From the NCBI RefSeq assembly GCF_009914755.1, contig NC_060947.1: a stretch of 64,000 bases of DNA. The stretch is one strand, 5' to 3'. How positions within the stretch are numbered: position 1 is the stretch's first letter; the number at the start of each line of letters is the position of its first letter. The translations under genes and the position numbers were made by a program. The notes under the pieces are model-generated. The model saw nothing but the letters and a program-made list of their open reading frames with translations. It ran no database searches and was not told the DNA's origin. The stretch comes from the human T2T-CHM13v2.0 reference genome, Homo sapiens. Positions 28,486 through 42,324 of this stretch are shown here, piece after piece.

Positions 28486-28925
28486 TGATTAGTTTTCTAG
28501 GGCTGCTATAACAAACTAGATAGCTTAAAACAACAGAAATTTACTCCCTCCACAGTTCCGGAGGCCAGAAGTCCAAAATCAAGGTATCCACAGGGCCATG
28601 CTGTCTCTCAAGGCTCTAGAGAAGAAGCATTCCCTGCCACGTCCCAATTTCTGGTGATTGCCAGCAATCCTTAGCATTCTTTGGCTTGTAGGTGCATCAC
28701 TCCAATCTCTGCCTCTGTTGTCGTATGGCATTCACCCTGGGTGTCTCTTGTTTCCAAATTTTCCTCTTACTATAAGGATATCGGTCCCTGCTCCAATCCA
28801 GTGTGACCTCATTTTAACTTGATTACGCCTGCAAAGACCCTATTTCCAAATAAGGTCACATTCACAGGTACTGGTGGTTAGGATTTGCACATATCTTTTT
28901 AGGGGACACAGTTCTACCCACTTCA
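28486..28925 (-). mobile_element. MLT1C/D MaLR LTR
   Basis: TTAGTTTTCTAGGGCTGCTATAACAAA...CAAAGACCCTATTTCCAAATAAGGTCACATTCACAGG. Confidence 0.85.
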
Positions 28926-29186
28926 TTTCATAGTGTTATAATTTCAAAGCTTTAGGCTGGCTTCTTAGATAAGTAGAGTTCAGTTCGCCTTTGGAATACA
29001 GAATGGGGTTGAAGGTTCATTTGTTTTGGATAAAACAAATACCCAAACAGGTTTTTCCCTTTCCTAGACATGAAGCAAAGATCTACAGCAGAACATAGAG
29101 ATTTCTGAGCCTCCAGTGACATCAAGTAACCAAACTGTGCTGGATGTATATGAAAGCAGTTATCCATGTAGTCAAAAGTGTTTAAA

Positions 29187-29432
29187 TCAGTGGGGTTTTT
29201 CTCAACTTTTTTTGACTCCTGCCAATAGTAAGAAATACAGCATGACTCAAAACATACAAATATTTGAATATACATGTATGATAGATATAACTGAAACAAA
29301 TGTTTGTTCTGTGAAATAATATGTACATTTATTATTTGAAATGAACTCTGATATATTCTATTCTACTCTTTTTCATTATTTTTTTTCTCAGCACCACTAA
29401 TGGGTTGCCACCTGCAATGTGAATAACACTTC
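29187..29432. mobile_element. hAT-Charlie MER-type DNA element
   Basis: CAGTGG start; CCACTAATGGGTTGCCACC...AACACT end. Confidence 0.45.
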
Positions 29433-29881
29433 TGGGTGATGTTTCTTCCCTAAGAAGGGATTTATAGATTTCAATACCTACATGTTATTACTTGTTCTCA
29501 TGGAGGTGTTTGTGGATGGCGGGAATGAAAGGGAGGACTAATCTTCACCTTCTCAAGGAGTGAAAGGTTGTGGGAATTGAGCTCAGCTAATCACCTTGGT
29601 TCAATATAGATTGGACTGTTGGTGCCATACATGCATATTACTCAATTTTATGTCAGACTTGGAAAAATGTACTGATGTTGGGCTATTGTGTTCCAATGTC
29701 TTCTTGGGAATCTTAGCACCAAGATTGGGGAATGGGGGTCGTCAATCATCTTGGAAAATCCTCAAACTGAAACCCAATCTTTGGGTGATGTCTTTAAGGG
29801 AGAAATAGAAAGGTCTTCTGGCACCTCTGACTCCAGGGAAGAGACAGCTCCAGGACATTTTTACTGATGCAGTGGAAAAAA

Positions 29882-29958
29882 GGCGGAAAGGGGAAAGGAA
29901 AGGGGAAAGGAAAGGGGAAAGGAAAAGGGAAAGGAAAAGGGAAAGGAAAGGGGAAAGG
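29882..29958. repeat. Purine-only (GAAAGG/GAAAAG)n simple repeat
   Basis: About six 12-bp units GAAAGGGGAAAG; explains the PFPFPF and KGERKGER ORFs. Confidence 0.95.
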
Positions 29959-30084
29959 CAGGCGGTGGGGGTAGGGGGGAGGCGGAGTGAAGAATACGGT
30001 GAACTCTTTCAACCAGTGCTGAGGCCAGGGAGAGGGGCAGAGGTGCTCTTCAGGGACTAGCTGTGAGCTCTGTTTTAGGTCACT

Positions 30085-30500
30085 GTAATGGATGTGCTTG
30101 ATTACCATCCAGATCCCCTTTAAGGGGCCATGTCCCTTAGCTGCTATGAGTGTTGCCTGTTAACAGCTCATAGCTGCCTTTCTCTGGAGAATTGCCCTGG
30201 GCATAATAGAAGTCTCCTCATCTGGGATGCCATGTCATCCCATCCCCCCAGAGGCTGTGGTCAGTGACTAACACAGCAGTACAAAATGTTGGCCTCCTTG
30301 CCTTCAAAATGCTACTCTCCTCTGGTGCAATGTATACTTCAGAGTGCTCTGCAGGATCAGGTTGAAACTGAACTCCCAGTGACAGCCCATGATCGCTCAC
30401 TTTCTTCCCCTGCCTCATCTTGCTCTCCTCACTACTCTTCTCCTGAGCATTCTCCCCTAATAAACCACAGGCACAAGAATTCTGAAACCCAACCCAAGAC
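30085..30500 (+). mobile_element. LTR16-type LTR
   Basis: TGTAATGGATGTGC start; GAGCATTCTCCCCTAATAAACC...CCCAAGACA end. Confidence 0.65.
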
Positions 30501-30932
30501 AGTTGTAAATTCTTCAATTTGTAGTTTTATTATTACTCATTATTCTTTTCTTTTTTTATTACCTATTATTACTTTCTTCTTATTTTTTATTACTGCAGGC
30601 AACAGCCTTGCATTTCAGTCTGGTAATTAAGGAGGATGAGCAGGATCATGCTTTGGGCAAAGCAATACAAGGGAATGAAGCAGGAATGCAAAGTGAGTCC
30701 CGGAGGAAGTGTAGCCAGCAGCAGGGTGGAGGGAAGGAGTGGCCTGGAACCAGGAGGGGATTGAGTCAGCAGGAAACAACCAAGGCAGATTGTGGGAGTA
30801 AGCCTTCCCCTTTGTTTGTGAAGAGGATTCACAACAAAGCCTGGACTCCTACTGATAAGTGAGATGGGACTTAAATCATTCTAACTTGGGGAGCAGGAGT
30901 AAATGGAACTTATCTTGTCTGCATAGGCTGTT

Positions 30933-31420
30933 GGCATATTAGTTTCCAATTTCTGCTGTAACAAATTATCACAAACTGAGTGGCTTAAAGCAACACAAAT
31001 TTATTATCTTACAGTTCTGAAGGTCAGAAGTCCAAAATGGGTTTGCAGGGCTGCATTCCTTCTGGGTGCTCTGAAGGAGGATCCATTTCCTTGCCTTTTC
31101 CAGCTTCTACAGGCCATCTGCATTCCTTAGTCATTGGTTCCTTCCTCTGTCTTTAAAGCCAGCAGAGCAGCATCTTCCCATCTCTCTCTGTTCCTCTACC
31201 TCTGTCATCACATCTCCTTCTCTCTGACTATGACTCCTCTTGTGTCGCTTTTACAAGGACCCTTGTGAATACATTGGGCATACACAGGTAATCCAGGATA
31301 ATCTCTCCATCTCAACATCCTTTATTTAATAACATCAACAAAATTCCTTTTGCCATGTAAGGTCACATATTCACAGGTTCTCAATGTTAGGTCATGGGCA
31401 TCTTTCCAGGACTGGGTGGG
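30933..31420 (-). mobile_element. MLT1D MaLR LTR
   Basis: TATTAGTTTCC...GCTGTAACAAATTATCACAAACT...ATAATCTCTCCATCTCAA. Confidence 0.85.
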
Positions 31421-31467
31421 GCATTACTCTGCCTCTCACAGTCGGGGAGGCCCGGGCACAAAAGTTA

Positions 31468-31610
<143 letters not shown>

Positions 31611-34484
31611 ATACTTACCTTTCAAGATATGGCTTCATGTTCAATGCCTAGAATTGGTTTTCCTGAGTTAACAATGGCTAATTATCTAAAGACTGGTCTT
31701 GCAATACTATCTGCACCAACTTCCCACTCTTTTAATGTAAGATTTAGTCTCTGCCAGGGCTTGGATCTGGACCAAAGTAGACCTTGCTGCCATTTCCAAG
31801 GCTATGGTTCAGTGTCACACAGGCCCTGAGAGTACAGGAGCTATGTGACATGGCTGTGCCTATCCACGGGCACGGCTTTCTTCTGGATGATTTGACAAGG
31901 GCAGAACTGTGAGCTGACTCTTTTTGGCCATTAAGAGTGTCTATGTATATTCGGCTGATAATTTATAGCCACTGATGAAGCAGGGGGAGTTAGAAAAAAA
32001 ATCACCATCAGCCCCACATCAGTCTCACTCTCAATCTCTCTCTTTTCCCCTGATTTGTCACATATTACACTTCTTTATACTTTTTTTCAACATCAAAATC
32101 AGGTTCAGGGCTCCATACATAGTTTATATTCCATGCAAATGAATCCCAGAACGACTGTTTACTAAGACACTAAGATAAGGTGGCATATGCTTTCTTTCTC
32201 TGTTAAATAAAAATTACTTTATGGAAAGCAATTCATGATTAATGTCAGCCAAAGGAGGAATGGTGTCAGACAGTACTGTCATTTGATATTGGTAATTTTC
32301 CCTTTGCCTTCCTCAAATTACTGTCAAAGATCACTGAGAGTGAAGTTAGTTAGACATTATTTTGCCCAGTAAAGTATGTCTGGCTGAACAATTTCCTGTT
32401 TCCTATGTGTGCATTGCTGTCCTGATGTGAAAGAAATTATTGAACCTTCAGCAAGGGCTGTATGGTGTCTTCTGTTCCTCATACCTTGAGTTCATGCTTT
32501 TGAGTACTCCCTGTCATGAATGTCCTTGGCCTTCTTTCTCTTTCCCTCTATCCTGTTCAGGATTTCCATCCACTGTATTCCTTATGTTCTTCATTCATTC
32601 TAATGCCTCTTAACTGAACAGGAGCCTGGCCACCACATGGATGGTTTGGCAAGAGCTAAAGCTGGAAAGCTAGGCTGCTCTACTTTTAAGATAGAGTATC
32701 TCAAAAAATTATCTGAAGGTTTTGAGTTGCTTGCCATCTAATTTCTAAAACCCACTAGCTATTTTCTTGGAATAACATTGGTTTGAGCCACATGCTGTTT
32801 CTGACAATTCATTATGCCTAATGTAATGCAGAAAAGGAGATATTGATTAAAGGTCAGATTCAGGCACATTGCCTAGTCACTTTCTGCAGTCCAAGATGTG
32901 GAACCATGAACTTGATGAATTCTGGGTATCACTGATATGCTTCAAGAAACCAAGAGGCTGCTTGAAAGATATTTTTTCAGTCTTCAATCTTTCTTGCTAG
33001 CTGACTGTGACAATTTCGTACAGGGCAAGAATATCCTTCCTTAATATGTTTCTCTCAATTCCAAAGAATATAAATGAGTTGATGATTAGGGCTATGAAGC
33101 ATACAGGAGTCCATATCAGTCTAATAAGTTTCTGAGATTTGAGCTATTTATTTTGCCAGCTCAATATTTTCCCAATGCCAGGAAGAAATTTAGCAGTATT
33201 AGAAGCCCAATGATATTCTTTACTTGGGCATCACTGTGGAAAAGACTGGGTACGATCCAATCTGCAGCCAACTTGTTTTAAGTAATAATAATAAAAAAAG
33301 GAAATAAAAAGACACTTTACTTCAGCAAGAAGCCATAATGTACCATCAGGGGAAATAAGCAAAATTATTTCGGAACTTGACCAAGCTTTGTGACAAGGAT
33401 TTTAAAAAGCACTAGACAGAGGATTTTATGGGTTCATTTGAATTGATTGAACATTTATTTAAGACAGTAATAGGTATGAGACAAATAGAAAATCCTTTCT
33501 CCATTTAGAACCATTGGCCTAAGGGAAACATTTTTATTGATAAACCATACATCAAAATGCAAGGTTATTAGTTTCATTTTTTAAAAACAGAGATAATCAG
33601 TACATTACTCAATAGATTTTTTTTACAATTTTAAAACATTTTATTATGAAAATTTCAAACATACACAATATTAGTTAGAACAGTGTAATAAATCCCCATG
33701 TATCCATCACCAGCATCAACAACAATCATCATTTTGCCAATCTTTCAACTTCTTTTAAAAATAAGAAATATGTGACTCACCTATTCAATTTCTTACCTAG
33801 TCATTTCTATTTCTTATGGACTTTAAGACATCTCATCTTAATATCAATAGATTTTCTTACCTTTAACTTCTCTGAGAAAACAGGGTATTCAGTTTGAGAT
33901 CTGCCATTTTCCCCTCTCTCTACTTCAAAATGTATTCTTTATCTCAGAATTATACTCTATTTCTTCCATCTTCTCCTTTTATTTTGTCTTATTGTAGAGA
34001 AATAAAGTTTCTCTTTGTGAAGTTAAACGTCTGCCTGACTATTTGGTGACATCCATCTCCTCCAGAATTGTGTCCTATTAATTTTCTCTCCTCAATTTTC
34101 TATCTTTAGTCTTCCTCTTGGCTCCTTTATCTCTGCCAGTAAACTCATTCAGATATTCTCCAGACTCAAATGGCAGGGCTACTGGGAATATCTTCGAATT
34201 TTTTTTTTTTAATTTTCAATTTTTTCTAGAGATGGGGGTCTTACTATGTTGCCCAGGTTGTTCTTAAACTCCTGGCCTCAAGTGATCCTCTCACCTTGGA
34301 AAATCTCTTGAATTAATTATTCTCACAAAGTAGCTCTGACTTAAGCCTTCTCTTTCGTGGTTATTCTTTTTTCCACTCATACTTTAACTGTGGGAAAATC
34401 CTTGATTTTTCTTTTTCTTTTTCCTCTAGCCAGCCCCTAAGAATCCACATGACTTCATTGACTTTGTACTTGCCGCAAAATGAG

Positions 34485-35108
34485 GGGTTGTATTTTCCAA
34501 AGATGGTCACAATAATGTCCCTTGTCCCACAAGTTCTTCTTCTAAAGTGACCTTGACACTCCTCCCATTGGGTTATGGGGTCTATGTCGCTTTTCCTTGA
34601 ACTAGGTGAACCTTTGTGACTGCCTTGACCATTAAAGTATGGCAAAAGTGACACTATGTGACTTCTGAGATAGGTCATAAACATCCCATACACTTGGCCA
34701 TGCTCTCTTTTTTTGTTTGTTTTTGTTTTTGTTTTTTTTACAGAGTTCAGTATCTGCTGAACCTCTTACTCTCCTGGAGCCCAGCCACCATGCTGTGAAG
34801 AAGCTCAAACTAGTCCACATGGAGAGACCACATGGAAAGATGGAGAAGCCATGTGTAAGTGTTCCAGCCAACAGTCAGCCTCAACTACCAGACATGTGAA
34901 TGAGGAAGCCTTCAAGACGACTCTAGTCTTTGAGTCACCCCCAGACTTGGAAACTTTTCAGCTGAGGCCCCAGATATTGTAGAGCAGAGACAAGTCTTCC
35001 CCATAGTGTACCATTCAAATTTCTAGCCTACATAATCTGTGAGCATAATAAATGGCTATTTTCAGCAATGTTTTTGGGTGGTTTGTCACCCAGCAGCAGC
35101 CCTGGAAT
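34485..35108 (+). mobile_element. MLT1F/G-type MaLR LTR
   Basis: GTGACACTATGTGACTTCTGAG...CCCAGCCACCATGCTGTGAAGAAGC. Confidence 0.8.
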
Positions 35109-35472
35109 ACCTAGCTTTCCCTTCCTCACTGTGCCAGCTCTAGTTCACACGTACATCCTCTTGGCCTAGTTTCCGGGCTAGTCTCCTGGCCTTAAGGATC
35201 TCTCCAATGGATGCAATGCTGCCTCCATGTCTCACCTGAATAGAGTGTTCTCCTGTTTTTAAAATACTTTCCTGTCACCTTTTTCATTTGGTTCTCAACA
35301 CCAAGGAGGTGGCAGAGCAGGTACTACAAGAGCCATTTTGCAGATGAGGAACTGAGATTTGAGTAAAGGGAGGTTTAACTAACTTTCAAAGTAGCTTGTA
35401 GAACTGGGACTAGAACTACAAGAGGAGATTTACTATAGAATGTAGAATTTCTAAAACTCATTTTTCTCATAG

Positions 35473-35895
<423 letters not shown>

Positions 35896-36567
35896 TGAGA
35901 GACTCCATTTCCAGAGATAATTAAATCATGTAAAAGATACAAAAAGGGAGAGAAACTGGAGGGCAGAGGTGTTCTGTCAAGTCTTTCTAGTTTGTTCTAT
36001 GTGGTGAGAATTTTTATATGCTTGTACCTCTATAATATTTCTATCAGACAAGAAAGCTCCACTCTTGGTGTCCCAGATGAGATGAGAGAAGGAAAAATGT
36101 AATTGGAGATGTCAGTGCTCTTTTAGCCATAGACCACGGGGAGCACACTTGATTAAACAAGTCCAGTTTATTACTCATTACAGGGAACCATCGGTTGTCT
36201 AAGTAAGAGGGTATTAGGAAGAACATACTATAGGAGGGTCTAAGGAAGCAGGAGTGTGGTCCAGATTGGATGTTGACAGAAAGGGTAATTCTGTGACTGG
36301 GTATTTTGTGTGTGACACATTGACCTTTTTGTTTGTGCTTAAACAAAATTAGGAAGTGGCATTATTTTGTTTCATTGTATCATGGTCTCAGGGTAAACTT
36401 GTCTGAGGCTGGTGGTCTGTGAGTTTATGTCCAAAGGGAGAACAAAAATGGCCTGGCTTTAAGCATCAGATGAGTTCGTAAAAAATATTGAAGTTTAGTT
36501 GTGAATGTCAGATTAGTTTTGGACAGCAGAGGCTACTATTTTCTTTCTGAGAGGTCACTGCAGATAC

Positions 36568-36646
36568 ATGTGTGAATATATATATCTATATATATATACA
36601 CACACGAACACACATATATATATACACACACACATACATGCACACA
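36568..36646. repeat. (TA)n/(CA)n compound microsatellite
   Basis: Read directly from the sequence. Confidence 0.9.
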
Positions 36647-36650
36647 AAAT

Positions 36651-36934
36651 AGAGACAGAGTCTCACTCTGTTGCCCAGACTGGAGTGAAGTAGTGTAGTA
36701 GCTCACTACAGCCTTGAACTCCTGGGTCTCAAGTGATCCTCCTGCGTCAGTCTCCCAAGTAACAGGGACTACAGGTGTGTGCCACCATGCCTCCCAATTT
36801 ATTTTTTTTCATTTTTTGCAGAGACAGTGTCTCTGTATTTTGCCCAGGCTGGTCTTGAACTCTTGGTCTCAAGCAATCTTCCCCTCCAGGCCTCCCAAAG
36901 TGCTGGAATTAGAGGTGTGAACCAGCATGCCAGT
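36651..36934 (-). mobile_element. AluJ
   Basis: Diverged dimeric Alu. Confidence 0.88.
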
Positions 36935-37108
36935 CAGAGGTCATTCTTAATCAGCTCGAGTGTTAATGAGCAGAGAAGATCTCTTTGTCTGTGGCCAAGA
37001 CTCATCCAGAGACCATGAACTTGTTTGGAGTGGGGTCTTTACTGCTGGGTCATAGGAAATAATTACAGCCAAGAGACTTTGTGAATAGTATCAGATTCTA
37101 TTGTATAA

Positions 37109-37318
<210 letters not shown>

Positions 37319-39275
37319 TAGAATTCTGAACCTTTCAATCAGTGCCTAATAAGAAGAAACAGATCCTCTTGATTTGGACCAAAAACACTCAAGAGGGATA
37401 CTTACAGAATTGCACTAGAATGGAGAGATAACATTTGTGATCTCAAAACCTGGCCCATAACGCAACACTTGCCCTTTTCACGCAACTGGTTAGTATTAGA
37501 TTTAGGACTAGAACTCAGGTCTCTGACTCCGAATTTAGTGCTATTAAATCCTTAGTGCCTAGCACATGGCCTAATATACAGTAGGTATCAAGGGAATAGT
37601 TACTAAATGAACTCATCACAGATATTTGGTTTGGAAACAGATTGTTCAAAGTGACAGTGAAATTTGTCACCATTGAACTGGCTGCTTTTAACTGGGCTCC
37701 CAACCAGCCCTTCCCCTGCCCACCATCCTTAGCTTAGCCCTTCTACCCGTGGCTCTTAGTCTTAAAAATGAAACTGAGGCTTATGTAGTCCCTATTTCTT
37801 TTATAGCCTTGGATGTCTCTCTGAGGCAAACCGAAGTTCATCGTCTTGGTTCTCCGACAGTAGATCTCAGCAATAACCAATAACCAAAGAAAACCCTTTA
37901 AAGCGTTCTTCAAGTAGAGAAGTAAGTTTTCTGGATGTAAAAATGTTACAACACTTATTTTTCAGCATCAATCAAATTGGCACTCATGTACATAGGAGCT
38001 GATAGTATTCATAGCAGCATCTAGAGCCAATTATATGTGTCCCTTTATGGCCCTTAATAGGTATGTTTTCCGTGGAAACAGTTAATCACATTTTAAATGG
38101 TTACTTCAGAACTTATAAGATCTGATAATACTCTTGTATTTGATGATACACTCCCAATGATTTCAAAGGATAAGACTGCAAAAGAGAAGTGAATATTTTC
38201 TCCTTACAGCAGTGTAGCTCTTAATTAATTGATCATCATCTCCTATTAGTGAGATACCTTTGATCCTGCTAATTGAAAATGAGACATTTTCCTTAGCACA
38301 GAATAAAAGCAATATTAAATTGCTTAGTCTTTGTCTGCTTAAGGGCCAAATATTAGTCAAGCAAGTTTATAGGAACAATTAATCAAAAAGTTTAACCAAT
38401 TGATATTTTTAATGATTTTTCTGGCCACACTGGTTGAGGAAACCTCTTACTTAACACATTGAGTTTCCCAGTAGTACAGAAGTTATTTTAATGAGGTCGA
38501 GGGAAGACAGAAAGAAGACAGAAAGAAACATATCACTGTCATCATGACACAAATGTGATGCTTTCACATAATTATTAATACTTCACAGAAGTCCCAGGAG
38601 GTGTAATTTATATTCCTATTTTACTGATCAGTTCATTGGGGATACAAGATGTTAAGAAATTTATCCAATGTAAGTGCTAGAAACAAGATTTAAATGCAAA
38701 TGTTTGGATTCTAAATCCTATTCCAGCTCCAGCATACTCTTTGCTGTATCACTTAGCCCCATAATCTGATTCATATCAAAAGAAAATATGAGCATCGCCA
38801 GAATATAAACAGGTGAATAGACAAATGTTTAGAATAGTATCACTTAGCGTCTCAGCTCAGGAAATGATTGTTACACTTTTACTCACACCTATTCGAAACG
38901 CAATGTAACTTGCAGAGTTGATGGATTGGTAAAATATTCTTTGCCTGACTGGATATTGTGAAGTAACATTTAGTGAACAGTTATTGTTTTGGACACCACA
39001 AATTTCCTATAAGAGTGTGTGCTACTATGGAATACTTAAGTGAATAGTTTCAGAAACAAGGAATCCAGTTTTCCTCAAATTATTTCTTTTCATACTGCAA
39101 TGCTATATGTCTTTATCCTGCTTAGCAGCAGCAAAAAATACTGTACAAGAGCACAAGTTGTTATGGTGTCACAGAGACGTGATCTAGTGTGTAGAGGATG
39201 TTGCTGGACCTTGCCTTTTTATAAATTTATAGTCTAGACATCAACATGGAGGCAACAGAATGAAAATGCCTAAAT

Positions 39276-39597
39276 CAGGGGACAGCAAACTTTTTCTTCA
39301 AAGGGCCAGATAGTAAATATTTTAGGCTTTGTGAGTCACATGGTCTTTCCTGCAGCTTCTTAGCTCTCCTGTTGCAGTGCTAAAGTCGTCATAGATATAC
39401 AGAAACAAAACGGGCATGACTGAATGCCAATACAACTCTATTTATGGACACTGTAATTTAAATACCATATAATTTTCACATCTCATGAAATCTTTTTCTT
39501 CTGTTGATTTTTTCCAGCAATTTAAAAACGTAAAAAACCACTCTTCACTCCCAGGTCATACAAACACATGCAGCAGGCTGGAGTTTGCAGACCCCTG
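39276..39597 (+). mobile_element. MER58B (hAT-Charlie)
   Basis: TIRs CAGGGGACAGCAAAC / GTTTGCAGACCCCTG; internal AAAGGGCCAGATAGTAAATATTTTAGGC; TSD-like GCCTAA. Confidence 0.88.
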
Positions 39598-40649
39598 GCC
39601 TAATCAGTACAGAATGGGCAGTAGGGGACTGGTACTGGGTGCAGAAGAGATGTGGGCTTGATTGGGGAAAGGGAAGAGGACATTAAGGCGAGCACATAAC
39701 TGATTTCAGGTGTAGAGAGGGACAGAGGAGAAAGCTCTTTTGAGTCGGCTGGCGTTTCTTCCTGGCCGCTATAATGAGTGATGCTTGCTGCCCAGAGGAA
39801 TTGTCTGAACAGATTCACTCAAAATGACTCACCCGCTTTAACAAAGCCGGGGAAGATTTCCTGCCTTTTATTCAGAGGAAGTAATCGGCCCACCTGCGTC
39901 TCTTAAATTAAGATTTCCAGAGCTCAGGCCTTTAAGCCTCTTAACATGGTTTACTTCTTAGACCTTTCATCGGTATAGAAGAATAGCTGCTTTTCTCATC
40001 TTTTCTTGTAAAACCTTGTTCGAAATGTACAAAGTACTTTATCCACATGATGTTTTATGGCTATTTCAGGGCCTAGCTCATAGTAACACAAAAAGAATAG
40101 TCATCATTATAGGTAAATAAATGTGATAGTTGTAGAAAATTTAAATGGCTTCCTGTTAAGTGTTGTGAGCAGCGTTTGACAAAACATAGCTACTCTGGAT
40201 TGCAGTTTCAGAAGTGTGATTGGAATTTCTTGTCTGCCTTCCTCCCTATTTTGATTTTTCTTTTTTATTGAGGAATAAATTATATAGGAAAATGCCTTCT
40301 GTTTGGTATATTGGTCTATGAGATTTGATAAACACACGTGACGTTACATCTAAGAGTTATATAACTACAATGACGAACATGATATAGAACATTTCCATTG
40401 ACCCAAAAGGTTCCCTGCTGCCCCTTTCTAATTATCTTCTCCCCTCACCCCAGCCCCTGGTAAACACTGATCTGGTTTCTGCCTTTATAGTTTTGCCTTT
40501 TTCAGAATGCCATGTAAATATTAATAGAATCAGACAGGATGTAGCCTTTTGAATCTGGCTTCTTTAATCCAGCATAATGCATTTGAGATTCATCCAAGTT
40601 GTTGCCTCTATCAGTAGTTTGTTCCATTGTATTGCTAAATAGTATTTCT

Positions 40650-41326
40650 TTTTTTAAAAAAATCATTTTATTTTAAGTTCTGGGATACATGTGCAGGATG
40701 TGCAGGTTTGTTACATAGGTAAACGTGTGCCATGGTGGTTTGCTGCACCTATCAACCCATCACCTAGGTATTAAGCCCCATATGCAGTAGCTATTGATCC
40801 TGATGTTCTCCCTCCCTCCAACTCCCTGACAGGCCCCAGTGTGTGTTGTTCCCCTCCCTGTGTCCATGTGTTCTCATTGTTCAGCTCCCACTTATAAGTG
40901 AGAACATGTAGTGTTTGGTTTTCTGTTCCTGTGTTAGTTTGCTGAGGATAATGGCTTCCAGCTCCATCCATGTCCCTGCAAAGGACATGATCTCATTCCT
41001 TTTTATGGCTGCATAGTATTCCATGGTGTATATGTACCACATTTTCTTTATCCAGTCTATCATTGATGGGCATTTGGGTTGATTCCATGTCTTTGCTATT
41101 GTGAATAGTGCTGCAATGAACATATGTATCTTTATAATAGAATAATTTATATTCCTTTGGGTATATACCCAGTAATGGAATTGCTGGGTCAAATAGTATT
41201 TTTGGTTCTAGGTCTTTGAGGAATCGCCACAATGGTTGAACTAATTTACATTACCACCAACAGTGTAAAAGTGTCCCTGTTTTTCCATAGCCTCACCAGC
41301 ATCTGTTGTTTCTTGACTTTTTAATA
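40650..41326 (-). mobile_element. L1PA 3' fragment
   Basis: Peptide MFIAALFTIAKTWNQPKCPS...MELEAIILSKLTQEQK; TSD-like TAGTATTTC. Confidence 0.92.
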
Positions 41327-41814
41327 AAGTAGTATTTCATTGGATGGGTATACTACAGTTTCCTTATATATTCTCCAACGAAGAATATTTGGGTTGTTTC
41401 CAGCTTTTGATGATTATAAACAAGGCCACTATAAATATTCATGACAGGTGTTTGTGTGTTCATAAGTTTGTATTGCTCTTGAGTATATTTCTAGAAATGA
41501 AATAATTGTGTTGTATGTTAAATATTTGTTTAAATTTATAGGAAACTCCCAAACTGTTTCCTATGCCATTTTGTTGCCCACCAAGCAGAGCATGAGAGTT
41601 CTAGTTGCTCTACCTCCTTATCAGTATTGTCAGGTTTTAGTTTTGTTTTTTAATTCTGGCCATTCCAATAGGTACATAGTATTATTTCATTGTGGTTTTA
41701 GTTTGCCTACTCAAATGAACAACAATGTTGAGCATCATTTTGTATGTTTATTTGCCACCCATGTATCTTCTTTGGTGGAAGGTCTGTTCAAATTCTTTTC
41801 CTATTTTTGTCTTT

Positions 41815-42122
41815 TTTAAAATTAATTTTAATTTTAATTTTAAGTTCCGGGGTACATGTGCAGGATGTGCAGGTTTGTCACATAGGTAAACGTGTGCCAT
41901 GGTGGTTTGCTGCACCCATCAACCCATCACATAGGTATTAAGCCCCGTGTGCATTAACTATTTGTCCTGATGCTCTCCCTCCCCGCACCCACCACCGCAG
42001 GCCCCAGTGTGTGTTCCCCTCCCTGTGTCCATGTGTTCTCGTTGTTCAGCTCCCACTTATAAGTAAGAACATGCAGTGTTTGGTTTTCTGTTCCTGTGGT
42101 GGTTGGCTGGCTGAGGATAATG
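41815..42122 (-). mobile_element. L1PA 3' tip
   Basis: GGGGTACATGTGCAGGATGTGCAGG motif. Confidence 0.9.
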
Positions 42123-42324
42123 TCTTTGCCCATTTTTTTATGAGTTGTTTGTCTAACTTTTGAGTTTTGAGAGTTTTAAAAAATATATATGTTCATACAA
42201 GTCCTTCATTGGATATGTATTTTGTGAATATCTTCTCCTGGTTTGTGGCTTATCTTTTCATTTTCTTAACAGTATCTTTTGCAGAGAAAAAAAAAAAAAA
42301 AAGCAAAACATTTTGTTAAAGTTC

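Larger units (their letters stand above)
40255..42290 (-). mobile_element. Old L1M 3' region with two nested L1PA 3' ends
   Basis: L1M 3'UTR motifs (GCATTTGAGATTCATCCA) interrupted at ~40650 and ~41815. Confidence 0.8.

Noticed and set aside
29794-30108. PF-repeat and KGER-repeat peptides
   Set aside because: Translation of a purine simple repeat.
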